Below, piece by piece: positions 7,067 through 17,816 of a stretch of 64,000 nt of DNA. Position 1 is the stretch's first letter. Each line of letters begins with the position of its first letter. A program made the position numbers and the translations under genes. The notes beneath the pieces are model-generated. The model saw only the letters and a program-made list of their open reading frames with translations, was not told where the DNA came from and searched no databases. The DNA is from a virus (Duplodnaviria; Heunggongvirae; Uroviricota; Caudoviricetes): positions 1-64,000 of IMG/VR virus record IMGVR_UViG_3300029935_000001; one strand, 5' to 3'.

Positions 7067-7697
7067 ATGAATCAAGTCTTTGCTAGCTTGAAAGCGCAAG
7101 CGGTTGCTGAAGTCTCTGCTGAGCTCAGCGGCGCAAGTGCCGAGTTTGCTGCTCGCGTCGAGCAAGTGTTTGCTGAACTGATTGTCAAAAAGTGTGCTGA
7201 CTATGCTGACATGGCTTACAACGCCCGTTGTAAGTATCCTGGCGATTACGTTGCCGAAGCAATGGAGTGCGGGGTTACCGAAGGCGTTACTGCCTGGCGC
7301 GGCTAACGTTTTTCGAGAAAACAGTTGACAAGCAACAAAGTCAACTGTATAATAGCTACATACAGTAACGCAACGGAGCACAAGAAATGATCAAAGAGCT
7401 TGCAGGTATTAAGGTTGGTCAAACTTTTGTTTCGCGCGTGAATGGCACGCAAGTGACCATTACTGCTGTGATGGGACCGTACTTGGTCTACCGCGATAAG
7501 CACGGTTGCTACTTCAACAAAACTCCGGCAGCGTTTGCCAAACAATACAAGTGAGCGAAAAGATCATGGAATATACTGTTATCGTTGCTGGCAACAACCG
7601 CACTTCGTTCACTGCTGCTCAGCTGCATAGCATGCTGAACTATATCACTAGCTTGGTCACCCAAGGCGTTCCGTTCACAGTGACCACGCAAAGCTAA
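7067..7697 (+). CDS. three small early hypothetical ORFs (7067-7306, 7387-7554, 7566-7697)
   Basis: The first two directly follow promoter/RBS cassettes; the third follows the second. Confidence 0.65.
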
Positions 7698-7858
7698 AGG
7701 AACAATATCCACTGTGGGATTAGGCCCTGCTACCAACGGGAATACATAACCGTCTGCTAGGAATGCTGGGCACACAGGATGAGGTGTGAGTCCTTAGCTA
7801 ATGCCTGGATGGTAAGGCGAGTGTTGCGAGCGATACACAGAATCCATCCCAGAACAAT

Positions 7859-7975
7859 GCCGCTGTCGTCTAATTGGTTAGGACGCTAAAAGCGATCCTG
7901 TCACAGGATCCATACAGCACTCAAATTTTCCACTGCTAATGGAGAAATGTTGGTTCGAATCCAACCGGCGGCTCA
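7859..7975 (+). ncRNA. tRNA(GCT)-like RNA with a permuted scaffold inserted between D arm and anticodon arm (copy 4)
   Basis: gccgctg/cggcggc, D arm, GATCCTG-tca-CAGGATC-catacagca, ttcca-CT GCT AA-tggag, T arm TTCGAAT. Confidence 0.7.
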
Positions 7976-8249
7976 GGAGAAAGTAACATGCGTGACAACG
8001 TAAATAAGTTTAAAAGTCGCGAGTACGAGTGGCATCCTCGGCGAAGCTGGAAACGCCGCTACTTGCAAGACCTGAAGAAGCTGTTTTACAGCGAGTAATT
8101 AGATTTTGCTTGTGTATGTGCGCAGACACCATATGTGGTCGATTGTTAAACCAAGCCCGCAATCGACGGACCTGATGTGCGCAGTAGTTTGAAGTTGATT
8201 CAAATCAGCTAGTAGCTTGGGCACTGCTAGCGGCAAGCAAGAAGTATTA

Positions 8250-8381
8250 AGGAAGTTTTCAGCAATCAAATCTTACTAGGAAACTGGTGCCGCAAGGCTT
8301 GGAGGTTCGAGTCCCTCCTGCTGTACCTGGTACGGCAGTGGCGAAATGGCAAACGCGCCGGTTAAGAAAAAGACTTCCTGA
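8250..8381 (+). ncRNA. scaffold RNA copy 5 carrying a circularly permuted Leu-type tRNA body (YrlA-like topology)
   Basis: AGGAAGT-TTTCAGCAA, variable arm, T arm, loop-closed acceptor ctgctgtac/gtacggcag, D arm, ACTTCCT-GA. Confidence 0.75.
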
Positions 8382-8385
8382 TTTT

Positions 8386-8476
8386 GGGTGATTGACTGAG
8401 GCGGTAAAGTGCCTGATTGCTAATCAGAGGCCAGCCAGAAATGGCTGCAAAGGTTCGAATCCTTTATCACCCGCCA
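8386..8476 (+). tRNA. tRNA-Ser(GCT)
   Basis: cctga-TT GCT AA-tcaga, long variable arm, GCCA. Confidence 0.88.
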
Positions 8477-8484
8477 AGAACAAC

Positions 8485-8559
8485 GAAGGGTTGGCCGAAA
8501 AGCGAGGCACCTGCCTGCAAAGCAGGACTATGTGGTGGCAGAATCCACACCCTTCTCCA
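8485..8559 (+). tRNA. tRNA-Cys(GCA), atypical T loop
   Basis: cctgc-CT GCA AA-gcagg, U discriminator TCCA. Confidence 0.85.
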
Positions 8560-8723
8560 CAATAGGATCAACGTAGATGAGAAGATGGGCGTTGATCTTA
8601 AAATACTACTCGACCATTTTCTCCGCAAGTAGCTGTTCACTGCGTATATTATATTGAATGATAGATGAAGTACCCTGCTACAGCGCACTCAGTGCGCTGT
8701 AGCAGCTTAACCCTAAAATTAAC

Positions 8724-8975
8724 ATGACCGATAAAATTCTAAAATTCAGCGCCAAATGGTGTGGCCCGTGTAAACAACTAGCGATGACACTTCACGGCGA
8801 AGACCTTGGTGTTCCGGTAGTTGAGGTAGATATCGAGCAAGAGTCTGCAGTTGCGCAACAGTATGGTGTTCGAAGCGTACCTACCTTGGTGTATGTGCGC
8901 AAAGACACAGAAGTAAGCCGGCTCATTGGAGCTCAGCCACTTGAAAAGATTCGCGATTGGGCAGCAGTTCAGTAA
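8724..8975 (+). CDS. trxA: thioredoxin
   Basis: WCGPCK active site, VPT motif. Confidence 0.9.
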   Translation: MTDKILKFSAKWCGPCKQLAMTLHGEDLGVPVVEVDIEQESAVAQQYGVRSVPTLVYVRKDTEVSRLIGAQPLEKIRDWAAVQ

Positions 8976-8977
8976 AT

Positions 8978-9052
8978 AGTCCTATAGTCTAGTAGATAAA
9001 ACAGCACCCTCATAAGGTGTATTCCTTGGTTTGAGCCCAAGTAGGACTACCA
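8978..9052 (+). tRNA. tRNA-Met/Ile2(CAT)
   Basis: gcacc-CT CAT AA-ggtgt, agtccta/taggact ACCA; a TilS gene is nearby. Confidence 0.82.
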
Positions 9053-9062
9053 AGCCTCGGTA

Positions 9063-9907
9063 TTAAGAGATATTTTCTAAAATAGCTTCCCATGAAAGAG
9101 TGTCTTTATCTAAAACCACAACAGTGACGCTATTTTGTTCACTAACCCTTTTGATTTTATCAGAGTCTCGTTTTATTAGAAAGTCATTTTTCGGGTCTAG
9201 GTAAACGTTAAACTCAACGAGGTAAAAGTCAGGAAAATACCGATGCGATACATTGTTTTCGTCAACCCATGTTAGAGGGCCTGGCCTGACCCATTTTACG
9301 TTATTGTTATCTAACGCAGTAGCAACGCGAAGTTCGTATGATGAGTCTAGCCTAACCGGACCGGCTATTGGTGAGTTATAGATTCCAAATTTTTTGTTAT
9401 TAGCAAAGCTTCCGAACATATCGCCGCGCGCGTATCGAGTATTAGCATTCTCTCTTGTAATTTGAGAAATGTAATCTTTTTGACATACAGCACATCTTTT
9501 TTGCGACCTTTAGAAAATTTGCCGCAGTTAATACAAGACGATACCTTGCTGTAAGCCAACACAATTTCTTTGAACGCCTCTGAAATCTTCTGTTTAGTAG
9601 CGGTTGACACGCTGTAGCCATTGTCTTTGCGTTGTTTGTTTGTAAATGTAGCAGCGCACCGATGTCCGCAAAATTTTTTCTTACATAACTCTCCGCAGAC
9701 CAAGCAGTTGTTCTTATACCGTTTGGGCTTGGGGGTGTAAGCGTTAATTTGACAGGCTCTACCTTTTCGGCCGCTGTCCTTTCTTCTAATGTTACCGTCG
9801 TTAGTGTGCGCTGAGATATAATGTGAATGAATGCCTTTTTGTGAGCAAAGCTTCCGACAAGTAACGCACGAGCACAGAGGGGACGTATAAATATTTTTGC
9901 TAGACAT
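9063..9907 (-). pseudogene. frameshifted homing endonuclease, paralog of 3732-4613
   Basis: Two overlapping ORFs; N-terminus YTSPLCSCV, C-terminus YFPDFYL..YLDPKNDFLIKRD; break at T6 run 9497-9502. Confidence 0.8.
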
Positions 9908-9963
9908 ATAGGTTCAAATTGGTAGTTGCAGACTCTGGGTTCTGTGATTACTATCTATTTGGT

Positions 9964-10012
9964 GCCCTAGGATCGAGCCAAGAAAATAGTTCGATTCTAT
10001 CCTAGGGCACCA
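9964..10012 (+). ncRNA. tRNA minihelix (acceptor + T arm + ACCA)
   Basis: gccctag ... atag-TTCGATT-ctat ctagggc ACCA; no D or anticodon arm. Confidence 0.55.
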
Positions 10013-10513
10013 CCAAACACAACTCCAAATGGTTATGGATCTGCACTGTTTTTACCTATACGAAGTCGCTGGGGACGAGACTACTCATGAGTGGTACTGC
10101 GTCGAAGTGGTGCTGCGCAACGGAAGCCACGCAAGGCTGGATCGTTACGAGGTTGCGTCGTCAATGTACGATGGTATCTTGTCAAACCGTCTTTTCTTCT
10201 ACACCAATGAGCGCCGAGCGCAGTTCGTTACCTGGGCTAGTGTAACATTTCCGGTCCAAGTCATTGACACGCGTGTTGATCGCGCGTATAATAGACTTAC
10301 AGTGTAGCGCAACGGAGCAAGCAAAATGAAACATCGTATCGTAGTCGCAATCGAGCTTGACATTGATTCCGAGCTGGTTAACTGCCCGGTTAACGGCGTT
10401 GGCGCGATCGCCACTCACTTTGCCAACTTAGCCCTGCGTTATGGCTCGATCGGAGCTACTGCTGCTGAAGTGCTAGCAATCGAAGAGATCGCCAGCACCA
10501 TCAACAACCAGTG

Positions 10514-11137
10514 ATGTCAGTTCAAGTAATTAACTGCCTACCACGAGACATCGCAGTCGCGGTGTCTGGCGGCATCGACTCTATGGTGGCCTTGCATTTT
10601 TTGCGGCAAAAACACAAGGTCACAGCGATCCATTTCTCGCACGCCGAGTCAGCGACCGCCGATGCTGAGTACGCATTTGTTGCTGAATACTGCAGCCAGA
10701 ACCAGATTCCGTTACTGCTTGGCTACCAAATCACTACCCGCCCGGCTGGTGCTTCGCGTGAAGCCTACTGGCGCAAAGACCGGTATAGCTACTTTCATTC
10801 CATCCGTATGCCTATTGTTACTGGCCATCACCTAGACGACGCAGTAGAGTGGTACCTGTTTACCGCGTTCAACGGCGAAGGCCACATCATGGAATACCAA
10901 AACCAAAACGTGATTCGCCCATTTTTAGGCACCGCAAAAAGTGAGATCCTGACTTACGCAGCTAAGCACTCGGTGCCGTTTATCGAAGACCCTACAAACG
11001 CCGACCCTGCTTTTGCTGCCCGGAACCGAATCCGGCAAAATATCTTACCGGAAGTCTTGCGTATCAACCCAGGGTTGTATAAAGTAGTAAAAAAGCGTGT
11101 TGTTGCCAAAGCTAAACTCTGCAAGGAACTCGAATGA
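10514..11137 (+). CDS. tilS: tRNA(Ile)-lysidine synthetase (short form)
   Basis: AVSGGIDS PP-loop, TGHHLDD..E, IRP, D..N...RN.IR. Confidence 0.9.
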   Translation: MSVQVINCLPRDIAVAVSGGIDSMVALHFLRQKHKVTAIHFSHAESATADAEYAFVAEYCSQNQIPLLLGYQITTRPAGASREAYWRKDRYSYFHSIRMPIVTGHHLDDAVEWYLFTAFNGEGHIMEYQNQNVIRPFLGTAKSEILTYAAKHSVPFIEDPTNADPAFAARNRIRQNILPEVLRINPGLYKVVKKRVVAKAKLCKELE

Positions 11138-12836
11138 AAAAACTTATCGCTGCCCTTGTGCTCGGTGCTAGTGTTAGCGCGTGTGCTGGCGCTGATCCGG
11201 TTCTAATCACTGCCAGTGCCGATGGCACTCAGTATTACGGCCACCCTGCAACCTTTGTCCAGCACAACAATGGGTACAGTATCATGATCACTATGATTAC
11301 GCCCACAACTGCCTACTCTGACAGTCGCACGCGAGCCTACATTGGCATCACAGCGTATGATTGCGCTCGCAAAGCTGGCGACCTTTATACCAGTCCTGCT
11401 GCCGACGCAGCATGGGAAAATAATGGTCCTGTAAATCTTAACAACCCAAAAACCATTGCCGATCGCCTTGCTCAAGTGCTGTGCGAAGTAGGAGCCATGG
11501 TCGCAAGCGCAGGAGTTGGGCTATGATCTTTGGCTCAACACACGCGCAACGCAAACGACGCAAGCAATTAGCTGAGATTAAAAAAATCTACGGCGCGAAA
11601 AAGTTTGCGTGGTTTCCAATCCAGCTAGCTAGTGGTCGGTATGCGTGGCTAGTTACCTACTACGAATACAGCGCCTGGGATTGTACCTGGCTGCACAATA
11701 GTAACTGGTCAGTGATCGAAGATGCGTGGGCAGTGCCACACCCTGCGCCGCAGCGCTACCTTGATCGCTCAGCAGACTACGTTCATTGTAGCCACCGAGG
11801 CTCTGCAGAGCAACTAGCGGAGTGGGTTCAGACGGTGAAGCGGAGTGGGTTCAAATGGTGAACAACGATGTCGGGTAGGCGCTTATCACCAAAAGACATG
11901 TCAGCTGCCCGCCACAAGATGGAAATCTTCAACTCCATGCTCAAGCGAGGCGAAGTGGTTGATGCTGACCGAATCGAACGCTTGCACCACGTTGTGTGTG
12001 GTTGCGGCGCCGAAGGTTGTATTTTTATTTCAGCGCAGCGACGAGCCGACGAGGCAGCAAAACATGATTGAAGTCCTAATCACCGACCAATACGTCACAA
12101 ACGGGGAATCCGAAGCATTCTTTGCTCGGCTGGATCAGTGGGCGCGTGAGGTGTGCCCACACGCATATCACGGATACGACGTGATCGACGTGTCAGATTT
12201 TTCTAGCCGTTACGATCTAGTTGGCGCCTTTAAATTCTCTGATCGAAAGCAAGCAGACTGGTTTTACTTTACGCACTGCGGAAACCACTGATCTAGATGT
12301 AAGCTCAACGTTGGACCTGGCCATAAATAATAGATCAGAACAGGAAAAAAGATACCATGCAAATTAAAGAAATCATCAAATCTGCCGAGATAAGCATCGA
12401 AGCTATTCGGTGGCGCCCTCAGTGCAAGCAAGTGTTAACGTCACTGTTTGCGCAGAAGTACCCGGGCACTGAGCTTTATTTTGCTAACAACAGCAACATG
12501 GGCACCTTGTTTGTCACTACCGACAAGAACAACATCCGCAAAAAGGATGTGATGTCTTACTACAGCGAGCCGACTGAGCATTTCAACGCAAGCATTTACG
12601 GCCCGCAACTAGAAGAAGACGACGACGGAACCCGGTATGTAGGGTATGGGTTTGACGCCATCGACAGTGGTCGATTCAAGGGCATAGTGATGCCGTTTTT
12701 GCAAACAGTAGTTCCGCCACTAGCTACGCGGTTTAACGCAGAACCCGCGATTATGATAATGGTCGAGGATCAAAGTGCTGGCGCATGGCAAGGAATAGCA
12801 AACAAGCTAGGGTGGCATTACTTTAACCCTGGTTAA
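11134..12836 (+). CDS. cluster of hypothetical ORFs (11134-11526 signal peptide, 11523-11861, 11868-12071, 12064-12291, 12357-12836)
   Basis: Abutting ORFs on the + strand. Confidence 0.55.
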
Positions 12837-12842
12837 AAAATA

Positions 12843-13170
12843 TTGCTGTAAACTCCGCAAGGAAAGAAGCAACGAGAAAGGTGTTTAAGACGGCGGGGCA
12901 GTGCCGCCCAGGTCCACCAAAAGCGAGATGACTCTGCGTACTGTGCTGTAGATACAGTTGCTGAACATTAGGATAACAGGTAGTCCTAGTCCGTTTTTGA
13001 TGGGCCTGAAACAGGATCGATTAGGCAACGAGTATTTGAGCCGACAGCACGGTAGGCGATGACCGTAAATCAAGCAAAACTTCAAACGCAAACGACAGCG
13101 TTTTTGACATCAAGCTAGCTGCTTAATGTCTGAGGTAGCCATACCTTATCACCCAAACTGGCAAAAAGCG
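12843..13170 (+). ncRNA. ssrA: two-piece (circularly permuted) tmRNA, tag ANDSVFDIKLAA*
   Basis: Acceptor piece ends ggcgg-GGCAGTG-ccgcc caggtcc ACCA (12919). Coding piece starts gggcctg (13002). Tag 13088-13126; terminator follows. Confidence 0.9.
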
Positions 13171-13188
13171 GCTTCGGCCGCTTTTTTA
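13164..13188 (+). terminator. rho-independent terminator
   Basis: aaaagcggc-TTCG-gccgctttttt. Confidence 0.8.
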
Positions 13189-13253
13189 TGGTTGACCATT
13201 CCGAGTAGATCCGGTATAATAGCTACATAACGTAACGCAACGGAGCTAGCAAC

Positions 13254-13742
13254 ATGTTCAAGACGATCGCTAAGTGGTTCACGCGTGAGCAACTCCCAGA
13301 GGTCAAGAAGATTGCGTTCATCGACGGTGACCAACCGTTGCCCGAAGTTCTTGCTGCGTACGAGCAATACGTTGCTAACACCAGCACCGAAACTCACCTG
13401 GTGCGTGCGTTTTCCGGCGGCAAGCCCCCGAGGATTTTGACCAAAGACGAGCACAAAGAGATTAACAAAGTTTACCTGCGTGGTTACGCAACGGGCAAAG
13501 AAGTTACTGACAAATATATCGCCGCCATGATCCAAAAGGCAGTGGCCGACGGCTACAACCACATCACTGTGATTTCGTCCGACTACGACTTCCTCGACAT
13601 TTTTAAGATGGCTGTGCAGATCAGTCCGTCTCTTAAAACGGCCACTATGCGCTTGATCGTGCCGCGTGCTGCAGGCAAGATGGCCAGGGTTGGTGCTCGC
13701 GTTGCCAACATTGACGTCATCAAAATGCACGTCCAGGCTTGA
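13254..13742 (+). CDS. NYN/PIN-like domain protein
   Basis: FIDGDQ, K..TD, ISSDYDF. Confidence 0.7.
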   Translation: MFKTIAKWFTREQLPEVKKIAFIDGDQPLPEVLAAYEQYVANTSTETHLVRAFSGGKPPRILTKDEHKEINKVYLRGYATGKEVTDKYIAAMIQKAVADGYNHITVISSDYDFLDIFKMAVQISPSLKTATMRLIVPRAAGKMARVGARVANIDVIKMHVQA

Positions 13743-14396
13743 CCTTTCTCGCCAAATCCGGTATAATAGCTACATAACGTAACGGAGCAAGCCAAAATGC
13801 AAGAGATCATTGTTTACCGTAGCCCTGTCGAAGCCGCCATGTGGCAAATGATGTCCGGTGGTGAGTTTTTTCCTGTGTTTGCTGGCGCAATCGTCGGCGT
13901 GCTTGCTGTTGTGCTCGCAGCTCGAATCTTCGATAAGGTGCTTGGCACCTTCCGTCAACCCAAGTGGGCCAGCAACCTGACGCTAGTCGTTGGCGCTGTT
14001 GCTTGGGTTACCACTACTTACTTGATGTGGATCTAACATGACCAAACAGGCAATCAACATTAGCGTCCCGTTTGACCCCGACACCACCGGCCGTCAGCTA
14101 GCAATGGCGCTTGAGGCCCACGCTGAGCAGGCGGTCAAGAAAATGGCCGCGAATCTGTTTGCAACACCGCACGAAAGGCGATCTCCTTATTTGCAAAAGG
14201 ACGCGCAAACCGGTATAATGTATGATCGGTTGCAAGCAATGGTGAACGATCAAGCGCTCACCGAAAAGTGGGAGCAATACGCTCGCTCCTACATCGAGCA
14301 GAACTTCCAAGCGGCTCTTGATCGGGCCCTTGACACCGCAATCGAGCATAGCGCGCGCCGCGTCGCATTTGAACAAACCGCCAAGGAAACCAAACG

Positions 14397-16619
14397 ATGA
14401 AAATGTTTGACGAACCGCAAAATGTTGCCGTAATCTCTAACGTGGCCGAAGTGGGTGAGTTCCGCATTCGCAACTCTGCAAAGGCATTTCGAATCCTCAG
14501 CGCGTCGTTGTATAGTAACAAGATTCGCGCCATCATCCGCGAACTTACTACCAACGCACTTGACAGTCACGTCGCTGCTGGCACCTCCCGCCCGGTTGAT
14601 GTTCATCTTCCGTCGACCCTTGAACCTTGGTTTGCGGTGCGTGACTACGGCACTGGCCTTGATCACAACGAAGTAACCAACATCTACACCACGTACTTCG
14701 AATCCACTAAGACCAACTCCAACGAGTTCGTTGGCGCCCTTGGACTTGGTAGCAAGACTCCGTTTAGCTACACAGAAAACTTCACGGTTACTGCGATCAA
14801 GAACGGCGTCCAGCGCATTTACTCGGCGTTTCTTAACGACCATGGCGTGCCGAGTATTGCGCTCATGACCGAGTCGGCTACCGATGAACCAACTGGTGTT
14901 GAAGTGCGCTTTGTAGTCAACAACAGCGTTGACTTCCGCAAGTTCCGCGAAGAAGCTGCTGATGTCTACTCGTGGTTCAAGACGGTGCCTAACGTCGAGT
15001 CGGCGGTTGACTTTGCTGTTGTTAAGCGCGAGTATGCATCCAAAGACATTATCCCAGGGGTACATCAGGTCAAGAACCGTGGCTACTACTATCACGAGTC
15101 ATATGCGGTTATGGGCAACATTGCGTACCCAATCGAAATCCCCTCGTCGGAAATCAACGACGCCAACCGTAGCTTGCTTGAACTGCTCAAGTGCGGCTTG
15201 GTACTGGAGTTTCCAATTGGAGCGTTGGACTTCCAGCCTTCGCGAGAAGGTCTGTCATATATCAAGCAAACGGTTGCGGCCATCGAAGCCAAGCTGGCCG
15301 ATGTCAGTGCCAGCTTGGCGGACGTGTTGCGCACTGACGCTGCTAAGATCACCTGCCAGTGGGCACTCACTGATTTCCTCGAGTCTCGACTGCAAAACTC
15401 ACTGTGGAAACCGGCGGCAATCCAGTATATCACTGAAATTAACCACGCAGCATTTGATATCCGTGGCTACCATACTCGCACAAAGCCGGTGGAACTTGAT
15501 GTGCAGGTACTTGCTGACAAGTTTAACATCAAGGTCGCCCGTTTCAACGCAATGCACAGCAGCGGCGGCGGCATATGCTCGCCTATCAATCCTACGCGTT
15601 ATGAAAAGAACAAAGAAACATTTTCGATTCACAAGTTTACCATCGGCGGTTCGAACGCTCGATTTGTTGTTGACGACACCCAGACCGGCGGCATCGAAAA
15701 GACCAAGCGGTTTTTCCGTAATGCCCAACTGCCTAATAACCTAAACGTCACCGTAATCTCGCCTGTTGATCGTAAGCGAGCCATGGACGTAGATGGGTTC
15801 TTTAAGCTGCTACTCAACCCGCCTGCTGCGATTCGCTCCCGAGCGTCTGACATCGTCGAAGAAACGACCGACCGCGCAACGAATGTGACCCTACTGTCGC
15901 TGCAGCGCCGCGGGGGCAATGGTGGATGGAATGCGCGCGAAGAGCGCGTATGGCGCGACGCTGGCAAGCTTGACTCATTTGACACAAAGACCACGCATTA
16001 CTACTTCAACCTGTCAGGCTACACTGTAGTGTCTAAGTTCGGTTCAATCGAAGTGCAAACAGTGTGGGATGCCCTGCTATATCTCTCCAGCGAGCTCGGT
16101 GTAACCCAGGTGTATGGTGTGCGCAAGTCCGACCATAAATCCGTTGCTTTGCTGAAAAATTGGGTTTGCCTGGATGATTACATTCCGCAAGCGCTTGAAA
16201 AGAATGCAGCTAAGCTCAAAGATAGCATGGTGCGCGCTGCGCTTTATGATAAGTACGGTTATATGGTTACCAGCGAGCGCCTGCTTGGTATTCTACCCGA
16301 AGGCTACCTCCGTGACCTAATCGGCGAGCTCGCAGTCAGCGAACGTGTTAACCGCAGCGGGGCTAAAAATGTTGCGTACCTGGTTAACACGTTCGCGAAC
16401 AAGAAAAACGGCCAGTCGCTCGCTGAGCGCGTAACGGTTGCGGTTACTGAGGCGGTTGCTGATCTCAACCGTTATGGTATGCTGTGGCACCTTACAAGCC
16501 CGCATGGAGCCAAGCAAGCGATCATTGAGTACGTCAAGATGGTTGATGGCATTATCGAAGCCGAGAAAAAGAGCAAAGAACCACTAAAAGTTGTGCGTGG
16601 CGGCTCTTGGTCGGCTTGA
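14397..16619 (+). CDS. rIIA: rIIA-like protein (HATPase N-terminus)
   Basis: LYSNKIRAIIREL..NA.D, VRDYGTGL, STK, G.LGLGSK. Confidence 0.9.
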   Translation: MKMFDEPQNVAVISNVAEVGEFRIRNSAKAFRILSASLYSNKIRAIIRELTTNALDSHVAAGTSRPVDVHLPSTLEPWFAVRDYGTGLDHNEVTNIYTTYFESTKTNSNEFVGALGLGSKTPFSYTENFTVTAIKNGVQRIYSAFLNDHGVPSIALMTESATDEPTGVEVRFVVNNSVDFRKFREEAADVYSWFKTVPNVESAVDFAVVKREYASKDIIPGVHQVKNRGYYYHESYAVMGNIAYPIEIPSSEINDANRSLLELLKCGLVLEFPIGALDFQPSREGLSYIKQTVAAIEAKLADVSASLADVLRTDAAKITCQWALTDFLESRLQNSLWKPAAIQYITEINHAAFDIRGYHTRTKPVELDVQVLADKFNIKVARFNAMHSSGGGICSPINPTRYEKNKETFSIHKFTIGGSNARFVVDDTQTGGIEKTKRFFRNAQLPNNLNVTVISPVDRKRAMDVDGFFKLLLNPPAAIRSRASDIVEETTDRATNVTLLSLQRRGGNGGWNAREERVWRDAGKLDSFDTKTTHYYFNLSGYTVVSKFGSIEVQTVWDALLYLSSELGVTQVYGVRKSDHKSVALLKNWVCLDDYIPQALEKNAAKLKDSMVRAALYDKYGYMVTSERLLGILPEGYLRDLIGELAVSERVNRSGAKNVAYLVNTFANKKNGQSLAERVTVAVTEAVADLNRYGMLWHLTSPHGAKQAIIEYVKMVDGIIEAEKKSKEPLKVVRGGSWSA

Positions 16620-16676
16620 CGAACCCGTAAGAAATAGTTATACTATATACTAGACTAACACATAAGGAACAGCACT

Positions 16677-17816
16677 ATGTCTTTCCCGTACATCATCCAA
16701 GGGGACAACATTATGATTGTCGTGGATAACAAGCCGCACAACATTAATCGCACCCACCCAGCGTATCAAAAGGTGCTCGACGCAATCAAAACCGGCGACG
16801 ACGCCGCTGTGCGTGACCTGATTGAGCCTAAACAAGCTGTGCTCAAGTTTGCCCAAGGTAACGTGACAATTGACGGTCACCAGCTCTTTTGGAAGCATCG
16901 CGAACTTCACTCCACGCTTGCTGCTCGCATGATTGCGATGCTTGGCGAAGGCTTTGACATCCGACCAATGGCTGCGTTTATGGAGAACCTGATGCAGAAC
17001 CCGTCGAAGCGTGCCATCGACGAACTGTACGACTTCCTCGAAGTCGGCCAACTGCCGATTACTCCCGACGGGCACTTCTTGGCCTACAAGAAAGTCCGCA
17101 GCGACTTCTACGACGTCTACTCGGGCACTGTGCTCAACGCGCCTGCACACTTGATGACACAAGAGCAGCTCAACATGCTACCGACGGTCAGCGACCACGA
17201 TGACCGCGTAGTTGTGAGCGTCAATGCCGCGGGCTTGACTGAAATCACTATGGAGCGCTCGCTGGTTGACGACGACAAAGACCGCACCTGCAGCAGCGGC
17301 CTCCACTTCTGCAGCCAGGACTATCTTCGATTGTTCCGTGGTGACCAGATTGTGATTCTCAAGATCAACCCTGCTGACGTTGTGAGCATCCCAAGCGACT
17401 ACAATAACACCAAAGGACGTACCTGCCGGTACCAAGTACTCGACGTTCTCGGCGTAGCGCCAGAAAAAGCTTTCACGAGCGCAGTCCAGGACACTGCTGT
17501 GGGTTGCAAGCCGGTCAAAAAGCCTGCTGAGCAGACTGGTCCCCGCCAAGGTAGCACCGACTTCTACCGTGGGTATACGGACGGGTACAACGGTTTCGGT
17601 TACAACTGGCAGCGCGCAGGTAGCCGAGCGTATAACGAGGGCTTTGACAAGGGCACTGAACGCGAAGTTGCTGGCCTTGACGCTAGGTATGTGTATGTCA
17701 AGCCCGAGCCGGTGAAAACTGCGCAAGAGTACGATCGCAACGGTCGCCCGCTGTCGATGACCAAAGACGCGATCCGTAAGCGCCAGGCGCGTGCTGCTCG
17801 CAAGCAAGGACGCTAA
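16677..17816 (+). CDS. rIIB: rIIB-like protein
   Basis: ITPDGHFLAYKKVR, CSSGLH, VVSIPSDYN..KGR.C.Y; follows rIIA. Confidence 0.9.
   Translation: MSFPYIIQGDNIMIVVDNKPHNINRTHPAYQKVLDAIKTGDDAAVRDLIEPKQAVLKFAQGNVTIDGHQLFWKHRELHSTLAARMIAMLGEGFDIRPMAAFMENLMQNPSKRAIDELYDFLEVGQLPITPDGHFLAYKKVRSDFYDVYSGTVLNAPAHLMTQEQLNMLPTVSDHDDRVVVSVNAAGLTEITMERSLVDDDKDRTCSSGLHFCSQDYLRLFRGDQIVILKINPADVVSIPSDYNNTKGRTCRYQVLDVLGVAPEKAFTSAVQDTAVGCKPVKKPAEQTGPRQGSTDFYRGYTDGYNGFGYNWQRAGSRAYNEGFDKGTEREVAGLDARYVYVKPEPVKTAQEYDRNGRPLSMTKDAIRKRQARAARKQGR

Noticed and set aside
7007-7380. Possible CRISPR-like direct repeats
   Set aside because: The repeats are promoter cassettes separated by genes at irregular distances; no cas genes.
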